Positions 12,436 through 28,672 are shown, counted from the stretch's first letter. The stretch is DNA of 64,000 nucleotides from Eledone cirrhosa (GCA_964016885.1 OZ024743.1:34162001-34226000); one strand, 5' to 3'. Numbers and translations: made by a program. The notes: generated by a model not told the origin, from the sequence alone.

Positions 12436-13027
12436 ATACTTTGGGTGGGTCATGCTGCCAATAGAAACACACGCACCGGTTGGTTTTCACTTCAATTTAT
12501 TACAAATTTCAGTTCAGAGTATGGTAAGCAGAGAGACATAAATTTGACAATTCTTGCTGTGACGACCCTACAAATATTACTAAGCCTGCATATTATATCA
12601 CACAGTCCAAAATTATCCACGCGAGATCATGTGAGAGGTCATAATATTGTATGACCTTCTTTGCCGCTTTGCATATTTCAAAAACACTGTTATACAAACT
12701 TGTAAAATCTGTGTTCCTTAAAGTTTCAATAGTGCGCTGATCTGAGGTCTACGTCCTTGGAGACTGCCAAGGTACCCTCAATGGTAGCGCCGCCCCTCGA
12801 TTTTACGATTTACCCGAAGAGTTGGTAGAGGGGGGTGGGGTTTCTATAATTTCTGTTTGTTTAACGTTTCTTACTTTCATATTTCCCTTTCTTTTCTTTC
12901 TTCCTTTTTTTCTATCGTTTTATCTTTCTTTTGTTACCTCTTCCTTTTGGCACTCCCGCCCCCCTCTGTTTTCTAGTACCGAATAAATCTCTCCATTTGA
13001 GTTTCACCACAGTAGCCAACTAAATAG

Positions 13028-13196
13028 CAGATCTGTCAACTCTCCCCGTCGGACGGGGAGATCTCCCACCCACTTTGTGAAAATGGGTATAGCTTTCATT
13101 GTGTAAAATCTCCCCATTTTGCCTCATTTCTCCCCGTTTTGAGGCACGTTTTATCATGGTACTCCCCATTTGGGTTTTTAGAGGTTTGCAGGTCTG
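13028..13196. mobile_element. MITE with TIRs and apparent 6-bp TSD
   Basis: TIR cagatctgtcaac / gtttgcaggtctg; aaatag directly on both sides. Confidence 0.65.
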
Positions 13197-13902
13197 AAAT
13201 AGGTTTCACAGAGACATGGGATACATATTTGCGTACGTTGGTAGCTGTTCTGTTTGAAAGTCCTTTAATAGTAAATAATCAAACTAACATCCACACATAA
13301 TTATTTTCAAAATCCCATCTTCTGATAATAACATGAAAACATTTTTCATATAATACTCATGTTTGTTTGCTAAATAATTTTGTATGCGTTTGTATTACAT
13401 ATATATACGAAATTATATTAAAACCGTTTTAACCGAGAGATCGTGAATATATACATAAATTTACATATTGAGTAAGTAGATATGTAAACATGTCAAATTT
13501 ACGTATCATGCAACATGATATCTTCAATCGATTTCCAAATCTTTTTATGTTCTCATCAGATTATATGAATATCAACTAAACAATGGCAAAGAAATAAGTA
13601 AATGAAGAATTTTAACGCACTATCACTTATAGTTTTATCACCGACATGGACGTACTAATTTGCATAGTTTTAACACACCGGTTGGGAGAACAGAATAGCG
13701 TTCAAAAATTGAATAAGATATTTATAATTTTTTTCTCCTGAGAAATACGTAATTTTGGAATGTTTACTTATCAAGATGCTCAATTTGTAAGTTTATATAC
13801 ACATTCACACATTCTATGTTACCTTTGTACTTTATATATACAGCTATAAACTCACACTTGTGCTGCTTAGCGCACAATTATATATAAATATATATATATA
13901 TA

Positions 13903-14255
13903 TTAGAAAATGAGGTTTTTTTTACAAAATGAAAAATAACCGAGGTGACCTACACGAGTGAAAGTATAAGGAAAAAGATGAAATCGAAAATGCAACTGGA
14001 GTCTTACTTAAAAAAATATATATACATTTATTTGGTTCCTTTACCGGTTTCGCAGTTCTTCTGCTTTTCAAAAGTAGAGTTGAGATGGAGGGTCTGTGGT
14101 TTTTTTCACATCTGATGTGAGAAAAACCACAGACCCTCCATCTCAACTCTACTTTTGAAAAGCAGAAGAACTGCGAAACCGGTAAAGGAACCAAATAAAT
14201 GTATATATATTTTTTTAAATAAGACTCCAGTTGCATTTTCGATTTCATCTTTCTT

Positions 14256-14262
<7 letters not shown>
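13903..14262. mobile_element. family C fold-back element: near-perfect palindrome with about 150-bp arms centred at 14113
   Basis: Arms 13964-14112 and 14114-14262. Unfolded copy at 54785-54980; shorter fold-back copy at 29611-29819. All abut (TA)n. Confidence 0.85.
14152..14187 (+). ncRNA. minimal hammerhead, U3:A8 variant (mirror copy 14039-14074 on minus)
   Basis: ctt-TTGAAAA-gcag aagaa ctgc-GAAA-ccgg-TA-aag. Confidence 0.6.
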
Positions 14263-14544
<282 letters not shown>

Positions 14545-15014
14545 TAATATTAGATAGGTAAAAATATTCAAGGTATAGAGCAACTCAAGTCCGTAGAGCG
14601 AGTTTGAATATAATTATTAAAGCCAGTTACTACAGCGGTGTCATACCAGGTATATAGGTTTTGTTAGCCCTCGTTCAGCCTGTGGCGATGGAAATAAATA
14701 AGAAAATGTTTGCTGAAAAAGAAATATGCAGAACAATAAGGAAAGAGAGAAGAACCCCCAAATCAAGGGCAGATTTAGAGCAGACAATTGGACCAAAAAA
14801 AAAAAAGCGAACTCACGGTAAATTAGCTGATAATTATGAGTGTACTAGAAAAAATCTGCAGATTAGGAATGATATATTTTATATGCAGGACTTGAGCCTA
14901 TTCATATATAAATCTCGACCATATATAAATGGGCTCAAGGCTTGCGGATTATGCAATGACGAGAAATGTAATAACATAAAATGTAATTCTCAGATTCTGC
15001 GTTATAATGTGTAA
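14545..15014 (+). mobile_element. decayed PLE: inverted hammerhead-bearing tail plus GIY-YIG C-terminal remnant
   Basis: 14545-14700 is the reverse-complement homolog of about 10435-10600. The ORF contains SRPYINGLKACGLCNDEK. Confidence 0.5.
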
Positions 15015-15589
15015 CAAGACCGGCCTTTTGGATTACAGACATGGTCCATCCAATATGCTTCCAAACAGTTCCTGACTACCCAATTTCACTCACAAAGCCT
15101 GGATCAACTCTGATATACCTTTATATCTGTGATATCCTTTCATGCTGTTGATATGAAGAGTTATCTCACTGACAGGAAAATGTTTGAACGACAGGACTAC
15201 AAAAAGGCTTCTCAAACAAAACAGAAACCCAGACGTCTCGTTGTCCACTAAATATTTACTAATGTAAGTGTAAATATATATCTGATATCACACAGCTCTG
15301 ACGTCACCTACAAATAACAATTTCCTTCTGTAAACGGTCTTCTGTCAGAATTAGTTCTCCAATATTTAATTAATTAAACTTGTTCCAGTATCCTGCCCAA
15401 CGGCCAAGTTAAATATCACTAATCACCTTTCGTCTTTTCACAACTACACATCACATATCCCCCTCCTCCCATCTCTCTCTAACAACATTCTTCACTCTTC
15501 TTTCCTCTCTTAACATCTTTCCTCTCAATAACTTTTTTATTCGCTGCTTTTATAGCTGTCTGTCGCCCCACTCGCGCACTCTATAACAT

Positions 15590-17160
<1,571 letters not shown>

Positions 17161-18408
17161 CTTTGTCTCCCCCCTCCTTGATTTTAACTCTTTTTATTCT
17201 CTTGCTCACCCTATACCATATATTCACTGAACGTCTCTGCCACTCTGTCACTCTCTTTGTTTCTCCCACATGCAGATACACTCACTCAACACCTACACCT
17301 CTTAAAAGACACACATACACACAGGAAGAGACAAACACACACACACACACACATAATGTAGGTGAAGCCAAGTTAAGCTTTTAATGTGAAATACTAGACA
17401 GATATTATTAGGTAGACATTGCTGATCTATTCTCAAGCATCTACTTCTCCCTTCTTTCGCCATACACTTATTTTTACATCACACTGTATTGTATAAACAT
17501 GGAAAGCGGGGAAATAAATAATCTGAATTGACACACTGTTTTAAACATCCACCAACGTTTTGACCCGCAGTTAATGATCCTTTCAAATACAACAAATAAG
17601 AACATATTTAAGAGTATATGATTCGATAGAGGATAGGTCAACCAGGAGAGAGATTAGCATTATGCTGTGTCTATGACCAAGGCACACTTAACTCTCAAAT
17701 GCCATCTAGTTATTAGATACTACAAACTGGCAACACAACTCGCAAGCACTGTAACATTGACAAAGTGTACGGTACCTTACAAAGCTGAGTTCGAATTCTC
17801 CTGAAGATATAGTTTGGTGAAGTATCACAAATCAGTGAAACTGATTTGTGTAAGACATGCTACATAAGAATTAGATCTTTAGTATTGCCGCCAAATACTC
17901 AATACTCGACACAAACAGGCTGTTGGTTAAAACCATGATCAAACACGTTTTTGCGTCTTTTTGTATACACAAAGCTACATTGTCCAAAGCATCCATTATA
18001 AGATGGTAGGGTAATAGTTGAGTAAGATTTCGGTATTACTTTTAGCACGTCGAGAGACTGCATAAATATTTCCTCGTTAACTCAACACAAACACAAAAGC
18101 AAACGCTAGAAATGGTCAGCCACTGGCGGCCCGTATCAGTATTTATCAGATTGGTTATAAAACTGAAAAATACATGACGTCGGACAGCGAAAGACTCTAC
18201 AGAGAAATTTAGCATCAAATTAATCTCAAAACTCGATGAGGTGATTGCCTAAAGTTTTTTTTTTTTTCTATATAGAACGTTGTCTAGTAATGAGTATGTC
18301 TTGTGTAAAAACTGTGTCATCTTGAGTTTCCAGCTGACGGTAAAAAACATACCACGGAAAGACCTGCATTTTTAGTGAGTATACGAGGGGAACACACACA
18401 CACACACG

Positions 18409-18462
<54 letters not shown>

Positions 18463-18467
18463 CACGC

Positions 18468-18566
<99 letters not shown>

Positions 18567-20199
18567 CTCTCTCTCTCTCTCTCTCTCATACACACATGCG
18601 TGTCCCTCGCATGGCATTCTGGATTCGGTAAATATAAGTATTGTATTTAAGTATTAAAGTAAATAGATTGCAAAATAAAATACGTCGTTTCAAATTCGTA
18701 TCTTTCTCCCGCAACGAAGGAAACGTTGCCTTTTAATTATATGAGATTCGCTAAATTGCACACTCCAAGAATAGATGCTATGGAGTATCCAAGAGTTAGT
18801 AACAAAGAACGTTTTATTAGAAAATCAGTATGGGTTTGAATCTCATCGAAGGTGCTATTTCAGTCATGTCTGCTTATTACTTACTTCATATACCATTTTT
18901 GCTTAATTAAATTTGGCGGGGACCACCATTTTGTAAAGAATCAATGTTATATCAAATTAAATTAATCGCAAGACAAATTATGCCAGCGCAAGTTCGTATT
19001 ATCTACATGTCAAAAGGGTAGTTTTCCTTTTCATACATTTGTATGCATTGATAGATAACTTAAGAACCATACGCACCCAGGCGGTATTTCTGTTAGTCAA
19101 GCGATAATATTGAACCTTCTCGATCCAAACGACTATTGCTAGACAGACTTCGATAAAGACGAGCTTTGCCAGATGATTCTCATATTTTGTTGATGTTTGC
19201 TGCAACAAGCTAAATGTTTGCTTATTTGATGTGAAGACTCAGTAATATACAAACATTTGTAATTTATTAGTTGAGAATTTCATAGAATTTCGACACAGTA
19301 GTTCAAGGTATATGCCTTTATTCTGTGAACACAAATATAGAGATGGTGGTATTTAATTGGATGACAGGTTTACCACTCAAGAACACAGACCACGATCAGC
19401 CGAAATACTGCATCCTATGCGATAGGAAATTGCATATGAGAAAGCAAGATACTTTTCCACCAGGTAGAAAGTTATATATGCAGCACTCGCTCAGTGTTTC
19501 ACACAAGCCATAATTGCGCTTAATCTGAGATATCCAGGCATTACAAAAAGGAGTGCAGCGTGTCGGTACAACAGAGGTGACTCTGAATATCTTGACAGCC
19601 TTCATCCTAAAAATCTACACAAAACATTATATTATAAAACCTAGCAAACATGCAGCTCTTCAGGGTTTTGTTGACCTTTTCACCGAAATCTGTATATTTC
19701 TTTATGAAACGAACATAACGTTTTACCATGCGAGAGCATGAGTGATAATAACTATAGACAGGGTCACCAGATGTGTCTGATTCTGAACTTTCTGTTTGCT
19801 TTTATTCCGTATGTCAGATGAAATTTCAACAGACTTCTGTTATATTTTATTGTTTATTTTTGCTTCGTCCCCAAGTATAAAGGTAGAAGACAGATACATT
19901 TGAATTATATATAATCTTATCGCAGGAACACATTAGGATCAAAATAGCCAACATTTTCATAGAAAATGAGCTAATTGTTTAAATAGCCCTCACATAATTG
20001 GTGTATTTAATTTTCATTTTAGGCATTTGGTTTCTATTTATTAAACAAAAATGTGACTTTGTGAAAGAACGTTTTCGATTATAACCGAAGTGTGAAATTG
20101 AGAGCTAACAAATCCTTGATTTGTGAAACAACATAATTCTATTAACAGTGAACAGTTACCCAGTGGATATATCATACTATGCACTGGTATTACTATAAT

Positions 20200-21760
20200 G
20201 CAGTGGTTATCAACGTTTTTATAACCAACTCCCACTTTTGTCACTTTTGTGAAGGCAAAATGCTCAATCAGTAGTAAAATTAGTAATTAACTCGGCATGC
20301 ATTAAACAAAATAAGTTAAAATTGTGCTTATCTTACTTAGAGAGACCCTTGAGACCGATGCTGAGAGATTAACATTTTAATATCCTGATTGACTTTTATT
20401 AAGGACAAACAAAGGACATCTTTCGAGGTTTCTGTTTTGTGAGAATATGATTCACAACACTAAGGCTGGATTTCACAGGATACAAAGTGGGTAAATTAAA
20501 AGTAATTTCCCTCATAGTTGGATATAAAGGAGTAATTCTTTTAGTTTTCCACTCTTTTGTACCCCCTCAGACGTTATACCATCTTTAATTGAAGACAATT
20601 CTGGAAATTGATGAAATTTCCTCATCAGAATAGTTTTGCAGAAGAAATAGAGCTTGTTGGTGAACAAAATAACACTTTTGCAGGGTTGCTAGTCATGTAT
20701 AAGCTGTAGATGTGTCTCGGTAAATTTATGGAAACATTTCATTTTTTAGTAGTTAAAAACGATAATCTTCGTTCTTATTTTCAAAACGATAAACACTACT
20801 ATAGTGTCAAATGGGTAAAAACAAAACAAAATGGGTCAAACATGCACTTTTTGATAGTCACCGGATTTCAATGTGTAAGAACTATCTGGAAAAAGAATTG
20901 TTTTGTTCTGACACAATTGTCGAAACATTTGATCATTTTTGGGGTGTTTGCTTTTATTTTATTTATAATACTTAAGGATTTATGAAGGCTTTCAGTACAG
21001 TGATTTCCAGCAATTTGTTGTCTAAGCACAAAACCTTTGGAATATCCTCCTCTAAATACGCAACATAACCACGAAAGCAACTTAGCATTTCAGATTCTCC
21101 ATCAATAACGTATGGAACAATATTGTTCATAGGTATATTATGTTTTAGAAAATATAATTTTGCAGCAATAAATATTGATAAACATGTGTCTGTAACCATA
21201 TTTGCAGTAGATAACATTTTGTTCTTGCAATACATTGTCTTTATCATAGTACGACAAATACGCCATTAATAAAGTATTGATGTCTACTATGGTAAACTCG
21301 TCCAACGGCAAAGAAAAATCGATGTTTTGAAGGTAGCAACATTTTTCTTCTTCAACGTTAAGCAGTTTCGTCTATAAACTGCTTCATTGAGTTATCACTG
21401 AGGGGCAATGTTTTTATAATTTCAGTTTTGTCTGATGTATCACCTTTCCGACAAATTCTTTGACAGACGATATTATCAAACTCTCACCAATGGTATGATT
21501 TTATTTAGATATTTGATAAGCTGCTGTTAATACATCATCCTTATATCTAACTGCGTTTTTTTTTTAAATTACGAAATTATTGTAGAACCTTTTTTTATCT
21601 TTCGTGTAGTTCTTACAAATATTCAATAGGTTGGTCATTTTTAATGGATGTCTTTTTTAACAAAGGGGTTCCATAATCGACCGAGCTTCGTCGCTTCGTT
21701 CGAAAATGGCTTTTGGCAGTGAATGCAATAGAAGTTATTTATTCCTAATATTTTCAATAA
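20200..21760 (-). pseudogene. decayed hAT (Charlie/Buster-like) DNA transposon
   Basis: TIR-like cagtggttatcaac at 20201. Minus-strand fragments NHTIGESLI..SVKE (~21460-21505), FSLPLDEFT (~21295-21320) and a decayed T-Y-L-C-E-type C-terminal motif (~20465-20490). Confidence 0.65.
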
Positions 21761-21906
21761 AACCGAAATTCAGATTTTCGGGTGAATAGCCAGGAGCATA
21801 CTTCTCTAAAATTTCTGATAAGCTTGTAATTCTTTTAATTCATCTTGCTGATCGAGTAAAAACACGAAAAATTAAAATTTACGACTAATCAAATTTCCTT
21901 AGAGCT

Positions 21907-21976
21907 AATTTCAAGCACAACTTCAAGAGAAATTTCAAGCACAACTTCAAGAGAAATTTCAAGCACAACTTCAAGG
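21907..21976. repeat. 23-bp tandem repeat, three units
   Basis: aatttcaagcacaacttcaagag repeated. Confidence 0.9.
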
Positions 21977-23397
21977 CCTAACGGCATATCAAGTGGTAAG
22001 TCCTTCTATGTGTGTACAATTACATACACAATCTAATTGGTCTTACCATGTTCAATAAAATGACAAATTTCATTAAAATAGGCTTTCAGCTAAGGAATGT
22101 ATGTCTGGAAGAAAGCTAAGCCTAGAATCAAAATCGAAAGAAAATGCCGGAGAAAATATACTATGCGCATGCGTTCGCTTAACTATATAGAGTTTTCTGT
22201 TTCTGCAAACAATAAGAATAGCAAAAAAAAAAAAAAAAGACAATCTCTTGTTAGGGGAAAGGGAAAACTGAGGCTGTGTTGGGTTAAAAACAGTTAAAGA
22301 ATTTACGCAGGGTTCAAAAGTCATTCAAGCATTGTAGTCTGATAAACAGCCAAACACGTTACTGGTGCTGCCCAGGTTAATGAGCACTTCTATAGAGAAA
22401 AAAGAATTACCCAATTAAAGGACAGAATTATCAGGTAACCTCAGCACCGAAAACATGTTATTAGCAGGAAAACAACTGCAGCAAAATTTTCTAGTTTCCA
22501 GAAATGGTTTTGTAAGCCGTGCTTTTTTCATAAGTAGTTGTCAAAATAATCCAACCAGATGTAATTGTAGAGGGAAACTTAATTATCATGTTCTCAAAAT
22601 TTGATCCGAATTTATAAAGTATTTTTAAATGGTTTGCCGAAAGTCTCAGAATTGTGCTTAATAAGTCATATATAAAACACGTTAATTTATGCTGTATACA
22701 TATTTTGCGACATTGTGCTCGTTAATTTCTGATTAATTGAAAACAAAACGACAAAATTCCGTAAAAGTATTTCGATGCAGCTATCCGAAAACTTTAAAGA
22801 TCCTCATAATCTTGTTATCAATCAGTTTGGAATTTAGTTATTACGAATAGGATTCTGACACTTTCAAAATCATCATTGAGTAAATAACATTCTGCACAAC
22901 CGGAATCCTTTAAAAAGCGTATTTTAAAAGAAATTAAGCGTATTAAGATTTATTGTTGTAGAACATATTGCATATTGCACAGTCAGAATAAAAGATATTA
23001 ATCATTAAATTCGTCACTGACACAAAATCATAATTTTAGGGGAGCAGAGCGCTTCACTGGCGGTAAATATAACCACGACTAGATTTTAACCCAAGGTGTA
23101 AATGAACATCCTAGTTTAAATTCCACCGATATTAACTTCGCCTTTTCATTCTCCTGCAGTCGATATAAAACCAGTCAAATAATATTTCCATCTAAATTTT
23201 GGATGGCGATAATATTTGATTGTTTTTTTATCGAATAAATCAGAAACTATTATTGTTATTATTATTGAGAGTGAAACAATTTCAGAATCAAAAGAACACC
23301 AGAAAATGTAGCATTGCATTCTCAGTTACGATACAGCCGAAGTTGATTTTGCGCTGCAGCCTTCCGAGGTCGAAAATGTGTGGCTGTATATTTCATT

Positions 23398-23452
<55 letters not shown>

Positions 23453-23454
23453 TA

Positions 23455-23900
23455 AAGCATCATGTTCATTTCCTAGCATGGCCTTGACGCTGCAGGCTTT
23501 TTCTCAGCTTGAGCCAGCAGGGCAGAACCGACGAGTCGGTAAAATCCAGGTGGCATGAAAATCTTCCCGTTCCATGGGGGAAGTCCCTTCATCTGGGATG
23601 TCACATGTTGCGACACCTTCTCCAGCGGCAACCTCGGCTACCTTTTCAGGCTTCGCTGCTCGTCAGGACGAAGAAGGCAAACTATTAAAGTATCGACCAC
23701 TCTCTGATAGGTTTGTGGTCGAGCCTGAGTTGTGGAGACATCCGACGTTCTTGGCCCCCCGGACCACATCCCTACTGCCTGATTTCTGCAAGAGTTGTTA
23801 TCCGCAAGTGCGAGCACCACAAGTTGGAGTGGCCATTCCAGCTCGCCTCCCTCACTATCTGTTGAACGTTCAACCAATTTCACTAGAAGGCATTTTAGTT
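23455..23900 (+). pseudogene. CRE-like LINE restriction-like endonuclease fragment after (TAG)n
   Basis: Frameshifted translation PGGMKIFPF..FIWDVTCCDTFS..AARQDEEGKLLKYRPLSDRF..VETSDVLGP matches the RPDG..WDVT..DT..K..KY..ET.G pattern. Confidence 0.65.
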
Positions 23901-24359
23901 GATCCGATAAATGAAACAATCATCGTCGAACACGACGAAGGTCCATTCAATTCTATTTTTTTGGTTCCTTCTAAAGATATTTGCACTGTTTAATTCACGA
24001 AATTGTTCTATCTGCAATGTTCCATGTAAAATGTGAAGATTATGATGTCTGAAATCTGGAATACATAATTGTTATTAATTACTTAATTTTTAAGTAGTTG
24101 TTTTTTAATCAATATCAGGTTTCAATATATTTGTCGATGGCGTCTTTGACATTTCTGTCTTTTTATTTTATTATAGTTTTGTTTAATTATTTTTGTCGAA
24201 CCTGCTTCCTGTTGGTTTCCGGTTTTCGGTTTAGTATATTACGTCATCGACATTTAGAGAATTAGAGCTGACTCTAATGTAAAGACTTTCATGAGTACAA
24301 AAGTTACTAACTATACCATTACGATAGGAAATAATAATAGTGATGATGATGATGATAAA

Positions 24360-24575
24360 AATTGTTTCTACTTTAGGCACAAGGCCAGTAATTTGAAGGG
24401 GGGGGGGTCGAATAAATCGATCCCTGTGCATTACTGGTAGTTATTTTATCGACCCCGTAAGGATGAAAGGCAAAGTTAACCTCGGCGTGGTTTGAACTCA
24501 GATCGCAAAGGGCCGTAACTATTCGCTGCAAAGCATGGCGTCCGACCCTCTACCGATACTGCCAATCCACCGCCT
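24360..24575 (-). mobile_element. S1 SINE, full length
   Basis: Reverse complement of the S1 consensus. Confidence 0.85.
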
Positions 24576-24600
24576 TCAATAATAATAATAATGGTTTCTG

Positions 24601-24732
24601 AATTAGGCACAAGGCCAACAATTTTTAGGAAGGGGAAAGGCGATTAAATCGACCCAGTGCGTTACTGGTACATACTGGGGTCGATTTATTGGACTTTGCC
24701 CTTTCTCAAAATTGTTGGCCTAGTGCCTAATT
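24601..24732. mobile_element. two S1 3' halves in inverted arrangement
   Basis: aattaggcacaaggccaacaatttt ... aaaattgttggcctagtgcctaatt. Confidence 0.65.
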
Positions 24733-24772
24733 GAGTAGTAGTAATAGTATTAGTAGTAGTAGTAGTAGTAGT

Positions 24773-24849
<77 letters not shown>

Positions 24850-25698
24850 CATGTTTTCTTTTTCTTTTCAGCACAAGGTCACGATAATATTACCAAGGAC
24901 ATCCTTTTCAAGTACTTTAGACATATTTAGCTGTGTATTCAGGAGAACCAGTTACCTGAAGTGATTCATATGTAATCCTTCTGACATAATTATTTCTAGT
25001 TAGATTGTTGATGCACCCAGCATTAAATATGTTAGAAATAACTTAATTATTGTTTTCAATGTGAATCTCTACACTGAGAAATTCATTCTCTAGTAAATAT
25101 CTTCTCCGCCAACACCATTGCATATATACGTAGGGAATTTTACATCACTACTTCGACAAATATAAAGAATGCTATGATTTGATGATGAGCTCATAATAAG
25201 ACCGAAACATGTTCGGAGTTGTATCCGTGCTTGTCGAAATAATCAAAAGATATATTAGTCATTAACTTGCATTATTTCCGACATGGCATAAATATTTCTA
25301 GTTAACTCTTTGCTGCCCTTTGTTTGAAGAATGTTAAAATTGATTCCTCTTGGTCGCGCCCTTCTTCCGCAATCTACTTTGACTTGCATAGGGAATAATC
25401 CTGCTTTGATTCTAGTTATAATACCTATCGATTAACATAGCTGCAAATAAGTCTGGCATTGCAAATAGAACTTATAGGCCCGACTATCTATTAATCGTGA
25501 ATTGTTATTTCAGAAGTAACAATGCTCCACTTTCACTTAAGATTCTGTGATCGAACTCACGATGTCTTACACTATTCCAAACAGAAATCAGACTCCACAT
25601 CACACACATTCACACATCATATTCACATCATTTTTCTATAAAGACTGGAGCTACATTTTTATTAAAGGCAAAAACAAATAAAAAAAAATTAAAATAAT

Positions 25699-25886
25699 TG
25701 TTTCTACTTTTGGCACAAGGCCAGCATTATCCCCGTGCATTACTGGTACTTTATTTCATCGACCCCGTAAGGCTGAAAGACAAAGTTAACCTCGGCGGGA
25801 TTTGAACTCAGACAGTAAAGGGGCGTAACTCTATGCTACAAAGCATGGCATCCGACCCTCTACCGATACTGCCAATCCACCGCCCT
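25699..25886 (-). mobile_element. S1 SINE with perfect 14-bp TSD
   Basis: TSD aaaattaaaataat at 25685-25698 and 25887-25900. Confidence 0.9.
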
Positions 25887-26715
25887 AAAATTAAAATAAT
25901 GGCCGCAAATTTGGACTTGGTTTTAAAGGCTCCCACATTGTAAGAAACAATTACTTAATATTTTATATACGTCTGAATTCATTTTCATGAGATGTTAGCT
26001 GTCCTTTAGATGTGTGCTTCTATATCATCGCTTATTCTTATTGTCTACTTAACAGCCTCCATCGAATCATTGTTTATACGAAGCACAACACAGTTGCGAA
26101 ATATTTGATGCAGCTGTTATTTTCGTTTTTTATTTTAGTTTTGTGGAATTCATAGCCACCAATACTTTTATAGGGGGATGCTTCCGGCATTTCTTTTATT
26201 CTTTATCGTTTTATCTATTATTTGAATATTGTCTTCTTTTTCATGTTGTTGATTGCTGTAGCTGCATTATTACCTGTTGTTCTTGCTACTACTGTTGTTG
26301 TTTTGGGGGTTGTTATTTAACACTTAACACTCTCTACTGATTTCGCAGAAAGTATCTAAAAAAACAACGTTTGTTAATTTAAATGTTTACAGAACATTTA
26401 CGAGTGAATAAATCGTTGTGAAAATTTGCGCAATAAGAATACATCCCTAAATTGTTAATGTAATACAGCACTAATTATATTTTTAAACTATTCAATCAGG
26501 CTTTGTTAATGTACTTTGATGTGGTACAGTAAGTTAAGAATTTATTTCATTTTAGTTTTAATCTGTCTGGGTATTTCTTTTTCAAAACGACTGAACGTTT
26601 CTTTACTTTCGTTTACTAAGTTCTGTTAAAAAACAGAAAGATTATATCATACATAGATCAATGTTTTGGTTATGAATTTGCTTATTGCCTTTCAATACAG
26701 AGCTCGTTAGAATCC

Positions 26716-26807
<92 letters not shown>

Positions 26808-26980
26808 TTGTAATAAAATGAAAACGAAATTTCATTTCTCACTCTTAGTACGGCACTTACTTAAACTGATACGTACATATATGTATGTGTACCTGTATGT
26901 ATATATATATGTATATATATATATGCATGCTACTGTACGTCTGTATGTATATATGTATGTACGTATACATACATACTTAC

Positions 26981-27055
<75 letters not shown>

Positions 27056-27094
27056 AAGACGCGTGGCTTAGTAGTTAGAGCATCGGTTTCGTAA

Positions 27095-28100
27095 TGGACT
27101 CTCTATTATGAACAAATTTTTTCAGCACAGAGACATCCATAAATATACATGGTATAAGGAGAACTAGGGACAGAGATCAATAATTTGTTATTGTATCTGT
27201 TCTCTGTGATTCTGTGCTGGATGTTCGTGCTAAGAGAGGAGCTAGGCTGCGTACTGATTACCATCTAGTTATCTGTAACTTGAGACTATCTAAAGCCAAA
27301 TGACCCCACACAACTAACAGGTCCAGGTCGTCCTACAGGATAAAGTGGGAAGCATTGGTGGATAGGAAGTCAGGACCAGGTAAGCAGATACTATTGCATT
27401 CAAATTCAGAGAACTCCCTGAGAAAACTTAGGACGTTGAGACAGAGAGGAGATTGTTCAGCTCAGCAGTTTCTGCTTCAGTTGTTAAATGTTGCGGGCGA
27501 AAGAAACTTGGTGAAGCGCCGGATGGCAGGACGAGCGCTCGGTTCAATCAAGAGGTCAAATATGCCATCTGAGCAAAGAAGGAGGCTTACAAAGTTTGGT
27601 TTGGAAATAAGCCCTCTTTCTTTCACTTTCTGTACAAGCAAGTACGAAGAATCGCAGCAGAGAAACTAATGACGTCGAAAGATAAGACATGGAAGGACTT
27701 TGGAGTTAAGCTAGAATCCGACTTCAGATCCGCCAATAAAGTGTTCTGTCAGACCATCCGCCGACTTCGTAATAAGAAGCCCCCCCCCCCCCCCCCAACT
27801 ACTAACAAGAACACGTCTGCGGTTCTCTTCTCTTCAGAGAGGTGCATCGTCACGAGGTGGAGAGAATACTTTGCTGATCTCCTAAACCCGAGCACAACAG
27901 CATCTTCTGATATACACGAGGTGCATACAGGAGCGATGACTAATCTCTAGGAGCCTGATGCCACAAAAGCAATTACATAGCTCAAATGTGGCAAGGCTGC
28001 CGGGGAAGAGGAAATCCGGTCCGAAATGTTAACGGCTTTAAATAGAAAAGGTATTCTCTGGCTGACTCGTATATGGAGGGTGGCCTGAATCTCTGGAAAG
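27095..28100 (+). pseudogene. RTE-clade LINE fragment (APE C-terminus to RT start), decayed
   Basis: LDVRAKRGA..TDYHLV, VFCQTIRRLR, RWREYFADLLNP, KCGKAAGEEEIRSEML. Confidence 0.8.
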
Positions 28101-28104
28101 GGAA

Positions 28105-28537
28105 ACTAAGAAAACCTGAGTGGAATAGCAACAACATCACAACTAGTTATTAAGGACAAAATGAAGACATACAGAGATACATAAAAACCAAACTAATAAA
28201 ACGAACCAGACACACGCAGATAGAACAAACAACCAAATAACAAACAACCAACTAGTGACAAGTAAATAAACGCATAAATAAAAACTAAAAACACACACGC
28301 AACCGGATGTTATGCATGCGCAAACCAAGCACTCATCACACAAAAACAATATGGTGAAGGACAGAACAAAGGAAAGACAAAAAAAAAAAAAATCAGTCAC
28401 TGAGGAGATCACAGAATGTGTGACGAAAGAGCTTTGACAATATAAAAACAACCAACCGGAGATTTATAATAAATTGAAGTGAAAACCAACAGGCGCGTGT
28501 GTTTTTATTGGCAGCATGACCTTCACAATGTATAACA
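28105..28537 (+). mobile_element. PLE 3' part with hammerhead (28396-28438), same family as 32452-33682
   Basis: Homologous to about 33245-33680. gtca-CTGAGGA-g atcaca gaatg tgtgac-GAAA-gagc-TT-tgac. Confidence 0.75.
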
Positions 28538-28547
28538 ACACACACAC

Positions 28548-28672
<125 letters not shown>

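Noticed and set aside
17400-20190. Non-repetitive stretch that might hide host exons
   Set aside because: No ORF with recognisable protein features. Small exons cannot be excluded without transcript data.
25180-25215. Hammerhead-like atgatgag...gaccgaaacatgtt
   Set aside because: Core position 3 and stems I and II do not pair convincingly.
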